A model generated the notes under the pieces. It was not told the origin of the DNA. It was given only the letters and a program-made list of their open reading frames with translations, and made no database searches. 64,000 bases of DNA from Bacilli bacterium (GTDB lineage: Bacteria; Bacillota_I; Bacilli_A; RF39; UBA660): contig JAFZWF010000008.1 of assembly GCA_017617435.1 (NCBI GenBank), positions 6,258 to 70,257 on the forward strand, read 5' to 3'. A program made the position numbers and the translations under genes. Every line of letters begins with the position of its first letter. The first letter of the stretch is position 1. Below, in pieces: positions 51,313 to 61,752 of the stretch.

Positions 51313-51706
51313 TTTTCTTTTTCCAACCTTTCTTAACTAAATGTCTTCCATATATTTCATATACAGAGTATATGAGAGCAAAAAGGAGGACGAAACCTAT
51401 TAGTAATTGCCACATTAAATGAAGTTTAATATTACATATTACTGTTGAAACAAATGAGATGATAAAACCATTTAAAAGTGCACACCAAAGAGCAACTGGT
51501 TTATATAAAACTTTCGATTTATCAAGTTTAAATTTTCCAATCAAATAGCTTATTTCCATGATATCATCTTTATTTTTCTTTTTTGTTCCTTTTAATTTTC
51601 TTTTCATAACAAAAACGTAATCAACAATAAATATGATGATCATTAAAAGTAAGAAAAACAAAACATTAATTAAAATTGTTTTTATCATTTTAATTCCTTC
51701 TTTCAA
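51305..51706 (-). CDS. Small membrane protein co-transcribed with leuS
   Basis: 133 aa, 3 TM helices with a Lys-rich loop. Lies between the Leu T-box leader and leuS. Its stop overlaps the leuS start by 8 nt. Confidence 0.6.
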
Positions 51707-51899
51707 TAAAAAAAGATGCTACCAAAGGACGATATATATAATCGTGGTACCACCTTATTTAATACTCTAGTTATTTTATAAGGGTAATAAACCCATCACA
51801 TCCAAAAGCAAGTTCATAAACATCTTTTGTTAACTTCCACCAAACGTTAACTCTCTATAAAAAAGATTAAATTCATTACTACTCTTTTTTCAACTGCTT
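51707..51899 (-). promoter_or_regulatory. T-box leader (Leu, CUU specifier)
   Basis: On the minus strand: AGTA, AGAGAG (AG bay), distal loop TTGGTGGAA, specifier GAA-CUU-G (CTT at 51810-51812), T-box AAGGTGGTACCACG (51743-51756), then a terminator with T7. Confidence 0.85.
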
Positions 51900-51905
51900 A
51901 ATGGT

Positions 51906-51934
51906 ATTATATTAAAAAATTGTTCATTTATCAA
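51906..51934 (-). promoter_or_regulatory. Consensus SigA-type promoter for the Leu T-box operon
   Basis: TTGATA (51929-51934), 17-nt spacer, TATAAT (51906-51911) on the minus strand. Confidence 0.75.
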
Positions 51935-51940
51935 GTAATA

Positions 51941-51975
51941 TATAAAAGGTTCTTTGTAAACACAAAGAACCTCTA
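51941..51975 (-). terminator. Rho-independent terminator after the GH31 gene
   Basis: Hairpin aggttctttgt...acaaagaacct, followed by TTTTATAT on the minus strand. Confidence 0.75.
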
Positions 51976-51980
51976 ATCAC

Positions 51981-54377
51981 TTAAATTTGTGAAATATAAT
52001 CTAAAAGATTTAAGAACATACGAACGAACTTTGGTGCAAGTTTTTCTTTCTTAAGTTTTCTAATCATTATACGTTTTTTTCTAATTGATAAATCTTTACT
52101 AAATATGATTGCAGCAATTCTTTCTTTTAAAGATGTTTCAATCATTAAGTCACTAATGATGGAATTAATATCTTCATTAATGATACGAACGGCATCTATT
52201 TCAATGTCTTTTCCTTTACAGTTAACAGTAATTTGTTTTGTTGTTGGTGCATCTTTTAAATGAACTATAAAGTCTGTGTCATCTTGATAAGTATCATATT
52301 CAAACTCAGCCTTATCACTACCAACATATACCTCAACATCATCAGCTGTTCTTGTATTTCTAAATCTAATTAAATAATCTCTTGTTGATGGAAGTATACC
52401 ATTTTTACCTTCAGAAGGTCTAATTATAACAGTGTAGTTGTTTTGCATGTAGTTATAATCTATTGAAGTTACTGTGTAATAACCTTTTTCATAAAGTTTA
52501 GTAACACCATCATCTTCATACATATTATATGTATTACTTTCTCCAGGGAATATATGTATTTCCATCTTTGATGGAATATTAGATACATTAATATTTTTAT
52601 CAAAGAAAGCAAGAGGAATTATTGATCCAGCTTTAGCAAAGACTGGATAATCTTCATCTTTATAAAAAGCAATATATCTTTTATTACCTGGAAACTTCTT
52701 TCCAGTTTTAAAATCGTACCATGTTCCTTTAGGTAAGTACATTCTTTCTACTACCCTGTTCATGATTTCATCTTTTTTATGAGTTATTGGTGAAACAAAT
52801 AACTCAGAACCAAAAAAGTACTCATTTTTATAAAGTGGTTCATCATATATTTCAGGATACGTATAATATAGTGGCTGAATAAGTGGCATACCAGTACTTG
52901 AATATTTATATCCTTCAGCATAAATATATGGAATTAATCTTTGTCTTAAAGAACAATAATCTTTAACAACATTAAATGTTTTAACATCCCAGAGCCATGG
53001 TTCTCTTTTATAATATGGACCTCTTTTAGCAGCAAATCTAAAGATTGGTGAATAACAAGAAAACTGTACATATCTCATATAAAGTTCGCTATCTTCTATA
53101 CCTTCTTTAAATCCACCTACATCATGACTCCACCAAGATAGGCCTATATTACTTGCACTTGAGTTAAATGAAGGTAGATAATTTAGTGTATCCCAACTAA
53201 CTATAGTTTCTCCAGAATAATGAACTGGATATCTATGTGCAGCTTTCATAGTATTTCGAGATAATATTAAAGGTCTATTATTTGTTTTATAAAATAAATT
53301 AGAATAATGATAATAATTTAATGCTTTTAGAGTTGTTAGATCTTTTTTATAATCAATCCAAAAGAAATCAACACCATCATGAACTAATTTATAAATAAGT
53401 TTTGTAAAATATTCAGTTAGAATATTTTTATCAAAAACATTAAATGGAATTACTTTATCAGTTTCACTTTCGATATTTAAATCTTTTTTAATTTCTTTAT
53501 ACATAAATTCATGAGGATAAATTCCTTCATATGGATCTATTGATACACCTATTCTTACACCACGCTCATGAAGATAATTAGTAAAGTCAAATGGATCTGG
53601 AAATAATCCTGGATTAAATGTATAACCTGTGTGGTATTTATCTAAGTTACGTGCATCTTTAATGTGCCAAAAATCTGTAAGCAAAACAACAGATAGTGGT
53701 ATTTTATATTTATTAAATGCTTGAATAATTTTCTTAACATCACTATCTGTATAGATTTTTTCACGGTTCCACCATATTCCAAGTGCATATCTTGGAATAA
53801 GTGCTGGTTTACCTGTTAATTGAAAATAGTCTTTTAAACATAAGCCGAAATCTCTTCTATACATAAATAAATATATATCAGTATGAGAATTAGGATTTTT
53901 AACAAGGAAATTATTTTCATCAAATATTAATGAACCAGTATCATCAATTGATGCAAAACCATCAGTTGAATATAAACCTCTAGTTAATTTAGTATTTGTT
54001 CCATTTGCATCAAGTGATATTGCACTACCGCCAAAGTTTCTAGCTTCAGGATGGTTATAATACCAATACTTATCGGTATTAACTAAAGTTACTTTAAGGT
54101 TTGAATCTGGAGCAAATTTAGCACCTTGAAAAGGAGCTTCTTTTTTATATGTTAAAACAAAATAACTTGTAGATATTTGTAAAAACTGTCCATCTTGTTG
54201 AACTTTAAATTGTGGCATTTGAAAATTACGGTCATTTACTAATTCCGTTTTTTCATCTAAAAATATTCCATTTGGATTATATTCTAAACGAATTAATCTT
54301 TCAGAAAGAATTGTGATGCGATACTTTTGGCCTTTAAATATAGCGTTAGCATTACTTAAAGAAACATTATTTGCCAT
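51981..54377 (-). CDS. Glycoside hydrolase family 31 (alpha-glucosidase/alpha-xylosidase-like)
   Basis: 798 aa. Motifs DFFWIDYKKD (nucleophile region) and LSWWSHDVGGF (acid/base region). Confidence 0.85.
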   Translation of the reverse strand: MANNVSLSNANAIFKGQKYRITILSERLIRLEYNPNGIFLDEKTELVNDRNFQMPQFKVQQDGQFLQISTSYFVLTYKKEAPFQGAKFAPDSNLKVTLVNTDKYWYYNHPEARNFGGSAISLDANGTNTKLTRGLYSTDGFASIDDTGSLIFDENNFLVKNPNSHTDIYLFMYRRDFGLCLKDYFQLTGKPALIPRYALGIWWNREKIYTDSDVKKIIQAFNKYKIPLSVVLLTDFWHIKDARNLDKYHTGYTFNPGLFPDPFDFTNYLHERGVRIGVSIDPYEGIYPHEFMYKEIKKDLNIESETDKVIPFNVFDKNILTEYFTKLIYKLVHDGVDFFWIDYKKDLTTLKALNYYHYSNLFYKTNNRPLILSRNTMKAAHRYPVHYSGETIVSWDTLNYLPSFNSSASNIGLSWWSHDVGGFKEGIEDSELYMRYVQFSCYSPIFRFAAKRGPYYKREPWLWDVKTFNVVKDYCSLRQRLIPYIYAEGYKYSSTGMPLIQPLYYTYPEIYDEPLYKNEYFFGSELFVSPITHKKDEIMNRVVERMYLPKGTWYDFKTGKKFPGNKRYIAFYKDEDYPVFAKAGSIIPLAFFDKNINVSNIPSKMEIHIFPGESNTYNMYEDDGVTKLYEKGYYTVTSIDYNYMQNNYTVIIRPSEGKNGILPSTRDYLIRFRNTRTADDVEVYVGSDKAEFEYDTYQDDTDFIVHLKDAPTTKQITVNCKGKDIEIDAVRIINEDINSIISDLMIETSLKERIAAIIFSKDLSIRKKRIMIRKLKKEKLAPKFVRMFLNLLDYISQI

Positions 54378-54472
54378 ACCATATCAACACCCTTCTACAT
54401 TAATTTATTTTAACATATATTATTTAACAAAACAATTATTTATTGGTATAATCAACTTTGAGGTAGTGGCTT

Positions 54473-55399
54473 ATGTTTTTATATACACTTGATAACAAAA
54501 GATATCATACATTTAATTATTTTTTAAAAACAAAGTTTAATTCTAAAGTATTTAAAGTGGCTCTGGATGCTGGTTTTTCATGTCCTAATAAAGTAACTGG
54601 TGGTTGTATTTTTTGTGCTGATGGTAGTAAATCAAACATAACAGATAACAAAAAAAGTATAGAAGAACAATTTACAGAAGTAAAAAATATAATGCATAAA
54701 AAATGGCCTGATGGTAAGTATATACCTTATCTTCAAGCAAATACAAATACTCTTGATACCGTGGATAAATTAAAAGAAATTTATGAGCCTTTAATTAATC
54801 AAGAAAATGTTGTTGGTTTTGCAATTGCAACAAGACCTGATGCAATTTCTGATGAAGTCTTAGATTATTTATCTGACATAAACAAAAGAACATTTTTAAT
54901 GATAGAATTAGGGCTTCAATCAAGTTATGATGAAACACTTCGTTTTATTAATAGAGGTCACGATCGTAAATGTTTTGAAGATATGGTAAAAAAACTTAAA
55001 AATAGAGGCATATTTGTTGTTGCTCATATAATAAACGGTCTTCCAAATGAAACTAAAGATATGATGGTTGAAACAGCTAAATATTTAAATAGCATCAATA
55101 TTGATGCTATTAAAATACATATGCTTCATGTAGTTAAAAATACAAAACTTGCTGATATATATCAAAAGACACCTTTTAAAATATTAACTAAAGATGAATA
55201 TATAGATATAGTTTGTGAACAACTTGCTCTATTAAAACCAGAAATTGTCATAGAAAGAATTACTGGTGACCCTATTATAGAAAACTTAATAGCTCCAACA
55301 TGGCTTTTAAAGAAATTTGTTCTTCTAAATGATATTGATAAAGAAATGAAGAAAAGAAATTATTATCAAGGTATTAAATGCAGCGATCAAAATAAATAG
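54473..55399 (+). CDS. TIGR01212-family radical SAM protein (YtqA/YhcC-like)
   Basis: KVALDAGFSCPNKVTGGCIFC cluster motif and the family-typical length (308 aa). Confidence 0.85.
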   Translation: MFLYTLDNKRYHTFNYFLKTKFNSKVFKVALDAGFSCPNKVTGGCIFCADGSKSNITDNKKSIEEQFTEVKNIMHKKWPDGKYIPYLQANTNTLDTVDKLKEIYEPLINQENVVGFAIATRPDAISDEVLDYLSDINKRTFLMIELGLQSSYDETLRFINRGHDRKCFEDMVKKLKNRGIFVVAHIINGLPNETKDMMVETAKYLNSINIDAIKIHMLHVVKNTKLADIYQKTPFKILTKDEYIDIVCEQLALLKPEIVIERITGDPIIENLIAPTWLLKKFVLLNDIDKEMKKRNYYQGIKCSDQNK

Positions 55400-55736
55400 T
55401 ATTTATTTTGACTCCTTTTAATGATAACTTTATTTTAAGTTCATCATTAATTATTTTATCTAATACATTTTTTGTATGTCTATTTTTTAAAGAAAAAATA
55501 TTATTATCCAAGTTATATGTACAAATTTTATTTGTACATATTTTTTTTATATCCTTTATCTTTTCACCTTTAAAATAACTATCCATATTATTAGTAGATA
55601 GTTTATTATATTCTTTTACAAATGAACAAGTATTTACTTTTGCACTAGATTTATTATTCTGCATAAATATAATTAAAATTAAAATTAAAAAAAATATTAA
55701 TGATTTTTTCATATACATCATTAATATTTTCGACAA
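55374..55736 (-). CDS. Small secreted protein, unknown function
   Basis: Signal peptide. 120 aa. Confidence 0.5.
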   Translation of the reverse strand: MSKILMMYMKKSLIFFLILILIIFMQNNKSSAKVNTCSFVKEYNKLSTNNMDSYFKGEKIKDIKKICTNKICTYNLDNNIFSLKNRHTKNVLDKIINDELKIKLSLKGVKINTIYFDRCI

Positions 55737-55758
55737 TTTTCAACATTTTATTCTTATT

Positions 55759-56562
55759 TTAGTATCTATCTTTGTTATACATCTGAATTAAAAAGCACTC
55801 ACTACCTTCTGTATTTCCATTAATGCAAAAATGCTTGTACCCACAGTTTGTTAATATTTCTTCATTTTTTTCAATGTAAAATAAAACGTTTTTTATTAAA
55901 TCATCCCATATAAAATCTGGAATAGGTTTATAAACTATAGGAATATAGTTTATAAATTCTTCTTTTTTTAAACCAAGTGATAACAAATACTCAATTCTTT
56001 TTAATCTGGATTTTTGATAATCATTTTGATCTATCATAAAAATGTTATAACTATGAAAATTGCTAATATTTAAATCTCTTAAATTGAACCATGGGATAAC
56101 ATATCTTTCATGTACACAAATACCCTTTGATATTTCCCTTCCATCAAAACCTTTACCTACTGCTTCAATACATATATCGCTATACATATTAACACTTACA
56201 GATATACCAGCATGCCTCATATATCTTTTAGTTGGTTCACCTTTTAAATCAAAAAATAATATTACTGAGTGTTTGCTAATTTTTTTAATCTTTTTAAAAA
56301 GTTCTAAAAAGTTTGTTTTTCCTCCGTCACTTTCAATTCCACTAATTAAAGTATATGGTTTTATTGTGTCTAAACGATAGCTATCAAATGAATCTAAATA
56401 ATCTTTATTATTTAAATAATCTTCTTCATCAAAAACTATTGCTAAATCTTCCAAAGGTGATGAGTTTGAAAAGAACTGCCAAAAATCAAGCATGTCAGAT
56501 GCTCGATAATAGTTTTTCATTTTAGGGATATCTGCTTCATTTTTAATTGTTAACATAAGCAT
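55759..56562 (-). CDS. Hypothetical protein
   Basis: 267-aa ORF. No recognisable motifs. Confidence 0.6.
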   Translation of the reverse strand: MLMLTIKNEADIPKMKNYYRASDMLDFWQFFSNSSPLEDLAIVFDEEDYLNNKDYLDSFDSYRLDTIKPYTLISGIESDGGKTNFLELFKKIKKISKHSVILFFDLKGEPTKRYMRHAGISVSVNMYSDICIEAVGKGFDGREISKGICVHERYVIPWFNLRDLNISNFHSYNIFMIDQNDYQKSRLKRIEYLLSLGLKKEEFINYIPIVYKPIPDFIWDDLIKNVLFYIEKNEEILTNCGYKHFCINGNTEGSECFLIQMYNKDRY

Positions 56563-56575
56563 TTTCCTTTATATA

Positions 56576-57136
56576 TTATTGTTTTTGATTTAATTCAAAT
56601 TCAAGTTCCTGCTTAAGTTTTCTCATAAAATCTAAGAATTCTTGATGATGTTCATTTAAAAACTGAATTAATTTTTTGCAAACCACTTTAGCCATTTTAT
56701 ATTCTTTTTCCGAAATTAATTTTTCGTTATATGCTCTCATAAGTTCAACATCATCCATTTGGTAAATGTGACCTTTACTAGGAACTACAACATCTAAAAA
56801 TAAATCTTCATAAGAAGGATTAGTAATATCATCAAAATGATTTTCTTTAGTTACATCAATATATATTTCAACTAAATTATTATTTTCATCATACATTGCT
56901 TTAATCCAATAATTACTATCAAATGGTGCTACTTGAATCCATGTGTAATTACTATCAACTATAACTTCATCTTTAAAATTATAATGAACTTCTACTTTTT
57001 CCTTTACATCAAGCCATTTAATTATTCCAACAACACCTTTTAAAGCATCTGTTTCAACAACTTTTGAATGAAACTTCTTTATCGAAGTATCATCCAAAAA
57101 ACCTGTTATTTTCATATCTTGTTTTTTTATTTTCAT
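56576..57136 (-). CDS. DUF402-domain protein (nucleoside tri/diphosphatase-like)
   Basis: WIKAMYDENNNLVEIYIDVT...YEDLFLDVVV...DDVEL pattern typical of DUF402/Ntdp proteins. Confidence 0.65.
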   Translation of the reverse strand: MKIKKQDMKITGFLDDTSIKKFHSKVVETDALKGVVGIIKWLDVKEKVEVHYNFKDEVIVDSNYTWIQVAPFDSNYWIKAMYDENNNLVEIYIDVTKENHFDDITNPSYEDLFLDVVVPSKGHIYQMDDVELMRAYNEKLISEKEYKMAKVVCKKLIQFLNEHHQEFLDFMRKLKQELEFELNQKQ

Positions 57137-57231
57137 ATATAATCATCTAAATTTTATTATATCTTAATTAGATATAAAAAAACACTCTAAACCATTTTTA
57201 GTTGTCCAATTTTACAATGGTTTAGAGTGTT

Positions 57232-57756
57232 TTAACTAATTTTTTTATCAAAATAATTAACAGTTTTTTTAAAGTATTTACTAACTATATTAAATATCAA
57301 GAAATAACCTTCAAAGAAACTTAACATATAAAGTTTATAAATATATGCATACGCAATAATTAATATTTTTTCTAGATACATAGTAAATTTATTATCTAAA
57401 ACTTTAATATAAGGTCTTATCCACATATTACTTAACAAAACTAAATATGGAATATTATTTATAAATGTATAATCTTCAGTATATAAATATAAATAGATCG
57501 CAAGTATTGTTACTAAAAGTTTAAACAGAATACTTTTAGATACATTAAATATTTGCATAATAATATTTGATGCATAAATCATATAAAATAATGTTCCAAC
57601 ATATCCACCAACAAGATAAAACGCAACACTATAACAAATATATTTTATTATTTTTTGATAGTATGCTGATCTTCGCGTTTGAAACAAATGAAAGAAGAAT
57701 CTTGCTTGATGACTTAAAATAATTAAAATATTTGCATATACAAGTTTACTATACAT
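57232..57756 (-). CDS. Polytopic membrane protein, unknown function
   Basis: 174 aa with about 5 hydrophobic segments. Confidence 0.5.
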   Translation of the reverse strand: MYSKLVYANILIILSHQARFFFHLFQTRRSAYYQKIIKYICYSVAFYLVGGYVGTLFYMIYASNIIMQIFNVSKSILFKLLVTILAIYLYLYTEDYTFINNIPYLVLLSNMWIRPYIKVLDNKFTMYLEKILIIAYAYIYKLYMLSFFEGYFLIFNIVSKYFKKTVNYFDKKIS

Positions 57757-57764
57757 ATTATCAC

Positions 57765-58502
57765 CTAATTATTAAAATGATTGGCATGAATGATTCTTTT
57801 TAAAGTTTTAATTTTATCAACATCACTATTTCGTGATGATAATCTTTCTTTATAACTTATTTTTTGTTGTTCATAAATGCTATAAGCATCATTAACAACG
57901 TTATATATAAAATTAGAACTACCACAAATATATTCTTCATCATCAGTATCATTTTTACTAATAATATAACATTTACATAATTCTATTAGTTTAGTTATTT
58001 CTATATTGAATTTTGTATCCTTAGATAATTCCATAATAGCAAGAGTTATAAAATTATCATATCTTGCTAGGTCTTCATATCTTGGATCTTTTTTTAATTT
58101 TTCTAAATTTTTATAATCAAGTTGAGATTTTAAATATATAGCTTGGATATCAGCATCCGTTTTTGATGCACTTTCAAAAACATCTAAAAGGATTAATATT
58201 TGATCTTTTACTTTAGAATAACTATCTCTTAACTTGATAAAATTAAATAGGAAATTTGAAAATTCATTATCCCCTTTTATATCAAAATGACGATTATAAT
58301 CTATATTACATTCAGTAAAAATATTATATGCAATATAAGCTTTTATATATATTAAGAGTAAATCTCTATGTTTAATATAAAAATCTTTATCTTTAAGACT
58401 TTCAGGGTTGCTTAAATAACTTGCAATATGTTTATATATTGCACCATAATTTATAGAATCAATAATATATTTTGGTAAAATATAATCTTCCATAAATACC
58501 AC
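57765..58502 (-). CDS. Hypothetical protein
   Basis: 245-aa ORF, helical composition. No motifs. Confidence 0.55.
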   Translation of the reverse strand: MVFMEDYILPKYIIDSINYGAIYKHIASYLSNPESLKDKDFYIKHRDLLLIYIKAYIAYNIFTECNIDYNRHFDIKGDNEFSNFLFNFIKLRDSYSKVKDQILILLDVFESASKTDADIQAIYLKSQLDYKNLEKLKKDPRYEDLARYDNFITLAIMELSKDTKFNIEITKLIELCKCYIISKNDTDDEEYICGSSNFIYNVVNDAYSIYEQQKISYKERLSSRNSDVDKIKTLKRIIHANHFNN

Positions 58503-58572
58503 CCTGTTTATATATTATAAATTATTTCAAACAAAAATTAAATAAAAATAATGCTTATCTAAGCGATAAGCA

Positions 58573-59025
58573 TTATTTCTTTCTAGTTTTTTTGTTACTT
58601 ACAAAAACTTCTTCATATAAATTATATATTCTATCAACTGACTCTTGAGCTCTTTCGTACTGAGTTTTATAACTTGATACATTAGATTTTTTACTAAATG
58701 TATTAACTTGACTAAATAAATTATAAAGAGTGGTAATAGCGTTATCTACCTTACGGCAGAAAACATCATCGTCAGTTTTATCTTCAAAGAAATATTTATA
58801 AACATTTGGTTTATTATCCTTTAAAGCAGCCATATATTCTTTATAAAGTTCAGATTTTATACCGTGAAGAATGTAAGTTGAATCTAACTTGTTTTCTTCT
58901 TTAAAATTAGTCTTATTGTAATACTTTTCTATTCTATTAAGAATTAACTCTTCTCTTTTTTCAATATTCTCAATAGCATAACTTTTTCCTATAAAAACAT
59001 TATTTAAATTACTTAAAATCCCCAT
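58573..59025 (-). CDS. Hypothetical protein
   Basis: 150-aa ORF. No motifs. Confidence 0.55.
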   Translation of the reverse strand: MGILSNLNNVFIGKSYAIENIEKREELILNRIEKYYNKTNFKEENKLDSTYILHGIKSELYKEYMAALKDNKPNVYKYFFEDKTDDDVFCRKVDNAITTLYNLFSQVNTFSKKSNVSSYKTQYERAQESVDRIYNLYEEVFVSNKKTRKK

Positions 59026-59127
59026 CGTAAGTTTTTCAGTAGTTTACAACTACCGTCCTTTCTTACAATTAATTATATACACTTTTTATGTATTTTTTCA
59101 AGTATTTAAAAGAAAAATTGATGATTG

Positions 59128-59550
59128 TTAATCATCAATTTCAATATATTTCTTTTCAGGAATTTCTTTCTTATCATCCTTTTTATGAATATCTAACGAT
59201 AAAATACCGTTTTTAAATGAAGCTTTAATATCTTCTGCTTCGTATTCTTCTCCAACATAGAATGTACGAGAACATTCACCAGAATATCTTTCACGTCTGA
59301 TATAAGAACCATCTTTCTTTTCTTCATTTGATTCTTCTTTTTTAGCTGTTACTGTTAGATAACCATCTTCAACAGATATTTTAAGATCTTTTTTATCAAA
59401 ACCAGGTAGATCAATATTTACCTCATAAGCATTATCTTTTTCAATAATATCAGTTTTCATGTTTTTAACTACTGGTTTTGTTGAAAAGAATGGATCTCCG
59501 AAAAAGTCATCCCATAAATCAAAATCATTTCTTCTTGGCATTAACATCAT
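59128..59550 (-). CDS. Hsp20/alpha-crystallin small heat-shock protein
   Basis: Alpha-crystallin domain (DIIEKDNAYEVNIDLPGFDKKDLKISVEDGYLTVTA...FKNGILSLDI). The likely start is downstream of the tracked one, judged by AAGGAAG RBS spacing. Confidence 0.9.
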   Translation of the reverse strand: MMLMPRRNDFDLWDDFFGDPFFSTKPVVKNMKTDIIEKDNAYEVNIDLPGFDKKDLKISVEDGYLTVTAKKEESNEEKKDGSYIRRERYSGECSRTFYVGEEYEAEDIKASFKNGILSLDIHKKDDKKEIPEKKYIEIDD

Positions 59551-59690
59551 AATTATCATCTTCCTTTCATTTAATATATAATGTATAAATACCGTAAGAT
59601 TATGCATTTTTTTGATCTTACAGGTTCATTATATAACAAAAAATTAGCACTGTCAAGTGTCGAGTGCTAATTATTTTACAGTTTACATTT

Positions 59691-60572
59691 TTAGTCAATT
59701 TCTATTAGTTCATAATCTGTAGAGCCAATGCCTAAAGCTTCTGCAGCTTCTATTGTGTGTTCGCCATTTCTTGATTCAACTCTTTCTAAAAAGTGTTCTT
59801 TGCATGGATCATCAGAGTTTTTAACGATATCGATACATGCTTTATCAATAGCAACAGGATCTAGAGATATTAAAATACCTTTATCTTTTATACATGGATC
59901 CTCTGCTTGTGCACAGCAGTCACAATCAACAGACATATTTGCCATAACATTTATAAATATCATGTTACCTTTAAAATAATTAACAACAGATGAAGCAGCA
60001 TCAGCCATCGATTCTAAGAATAAATCCTGCTCTGGAATATTATCCCATAAGATGTTTTGATCATATACCTTACCTGCTGAATGGATAACACATTTTCCTT
60101 TCGTTGATGCACATCCAATAGATAATTGTTTTAATGCACCACCATATCCTCCCATTGGGTGACCTTTAAAATGAGAAAGAACTATCATTGAACTATAATT
60201 AACTATATTTTTTCCTAAATAATTTTCTTTAATAACTTTTCCATTTGGTATTTCAATTTTTAAATCTGGACCTTCAGCATCTAGTAAGTCAACATTAAAA
60301 TATTTATTCCAACCATGTTTTTCAATAGTTTTTAAATGTTTTTCAGTTGTATTTCTTTCTCCAGGATAGGCTGTGTTGCATTCTACTACTGTTGCACTTA
60401 AATGTTTTATAATTGGTGCCCAAAATTCAGGTTTCAAGTAATTTTGGTTTCCTTCTTCACCCGAATGTACTTTAGCTGCAATTTTTCCTGGTAGATCTTT
60501 ACCAAGTGTGTTATAAAGTTTTAATACATTATCAGGTGTAACGTTTTTTACATAATAAACTTTAGATTTCAT
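59691..60572 (-). CDS. DUF362-domain protein
   Basis: 293 aa. The N-terminal KVYYVK...AKVHSGEEGN and Cys cluster CDCCAQ fit the DUF362 family pattern. Confidence 0.6.
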   Translation of the reverse strand: MKSKVYYVKNVTPDNVLKLYNTLGKDLPGKIAAKVHSGEEGNQNYLKPEFWAPIIKHLSATVVECNTAYPGERNTTEKHLKTIEKHGWNKYFNVDLLDAEGPDLKIEIPNGKVIKENYLGKNIVNYSSMIVLSHFKGHPMGGYGGALKQLSIGCASTKGKCVIHSAGKVYDQNILWDNIPEQDLFLESMADAASSVVNYFKGNMIFINVMANMSVDCDCCAQAEDPCIKDKGILISLDPVAIDKACIDIVKNSDDPCKEHFLERVESRNGEHTIEAAEALGIGSTDYELIEID

Positions 60573-61455
60573 TATTTCTCCTTATTTCAAATACATCTTT
60601 ATTATCTTTAAAAAAGTCATAATATACTTTTACGTTTTTTAGTTCATTCCACTTTTTTACTTTAACAGGATTTTCATCAAGATCATAAATTTTGGCACCG
60701 TATAAAGAAAGTAAAAATGGAGAATGCGTTGATATTATAAACTGGCATTTATAAAATCTTACTGACTCTTCTATAAATTGTTTTAATTTTAATTGATTTT
60801 CTGCAGATAAACTATTTTCGGGTTCATCCAATATGTATAGTGCGTTTTCTTTTATTTCTGTTTGCCAGAAATTTAAAGCAGTTTCACCATTTGATTGCTC
60901 TTGAATATTATTATTTACTAAATTATGTCTTATAAACTGAGATTTACTCATTCTTTTTGTTTCTACTTTTCTTTTTAAATTGTTATATTCTTGGAACCTA
61001 CTTGTTTCTTCACTACCATATGCATCCTCCAAATATCCGTGAGCTAAATCTGCTTTTCTACGATTAACTCCAGTATTGATAGCTCTTACATCAAGTAAAT
61101 AGTCAAAAACATCATCTGATGAAATTAATTTAATTTCATCACATAGATATTTTCTTTCAAATTTACATTCACAGGAATCTGCATACTTTTTAAATAACAT
61201 TCCTTTATATGACTTATTATTTCTATTAGCATTTATTTTTTCTGAAACAATATTTAACAGTGTTGTTTTTCCAGAACCATTACCGCCGTAGAATATGGTA
61301 ATATCATCAAAATCAATCGTTCTAAATTCTTTGTAAGAGAATAAACCATATGGGTAATAATTGCCGTTATAGATTTGCATCTCATTAATTAAACTATTAT
61401 GTTCGTCTAGCTCATCTAATAGTTTAAATGATTCAAGATAAACCATATTAATCAC
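60562..61455 (-). CDS. Stand-alone ABC/AAA-type ATPase of unknown function
   Basis: Walker A GGNGSGKTTLLN, signature-like SNGE, Walker B LYILDEPENSLS, H-loop STHSP. Confidence 0.8.
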   Translation of the reverse strand: MINMVYLESFKLLDELDEHNSLINEMQIYNGNYYPYGLFSYKEFRTIDFDDITIFYGGNGSGKTTLLNIVSEKINANRNNKSYKGMLFKKYADSCECKFERKYLCDEIKLISSDDVFDYLLDVRAINTGVNRRKADLAHGYLEDAYGSEETSRFQEYNNLKRKVETKRMSKSQFIRHNLVNNNIQEQSNGETALNFWQTEIKENALYILDEPENSLSAENQLKLKQFIEESVRFYKCQFIISTHSPFLLSLYGAKIYDLDENPVKVKKWNELKNVKVYYDFFKDNKDVFEIRRNNEI

Positions 61456-61500
61456 CGCTTTTAAACATTATATCAAAAAATAACACAAGATAAACTTGTG

Positions 61501-61752
61501 TTATTCACTTTTTTTACATAATTTATTATATACTTTCTTTATATCAGCTACTTTAATATTTTCTACTTTGTAGAAATTATTATCTACCATAATATTAAAT
61601 GTTCTTTCTTGAGAAGATAGAGTTTCATCAAGTCCATACTTAATAACACTTCTAACACACTTGTTTGAACTTTCAATTGTTCCATGAACATATACTTCAA
61701 CATTACTTTTAAGAAGAGATAAATAATTAGTTATTAGTTCTTGATCATTCAT
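61501..61752 (-). CDS. Spore coat protein, CotF-like domain
   Basis: 83 aa. ELITNYLSLLKSNVEVYVHGTIESSN...R matches the Coat F helical pattern. Confidence 0.6.
   Translation of the reverse strand: MNDQELITNYLSLLKSNVEVYVHGTIESSNKCVRSVIKYGLDETLSSQERTFNIMVDNNFYKVENIKVADIKKVYNKLCKKSE

Noticed and set aside
1294-59979. About 30 ORF-track entries lie antisense inside larger genes. Examples are 1294-1524, 2953-3165, 6965-7174, 9178-9648, 10501-11008, 15798-16142, 17576-18637, 21492-22345, 23258-23808, 24071-24307, 26151-26333, 33896-34321, 38000-38272, 43653-44127, 46020-46277, 47429-47683, 50420-51228, 56060-56380 and 59728-59979.
   Set aside because: Each is fully embedded opposite (47429-47683: same strand, different frame) a longer ORF with clear family motifs or operon context. 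They have low-complexity Ser/Leu/Phe/Ile-rich translations typical of shadow frames, and I saw no RBS for them.
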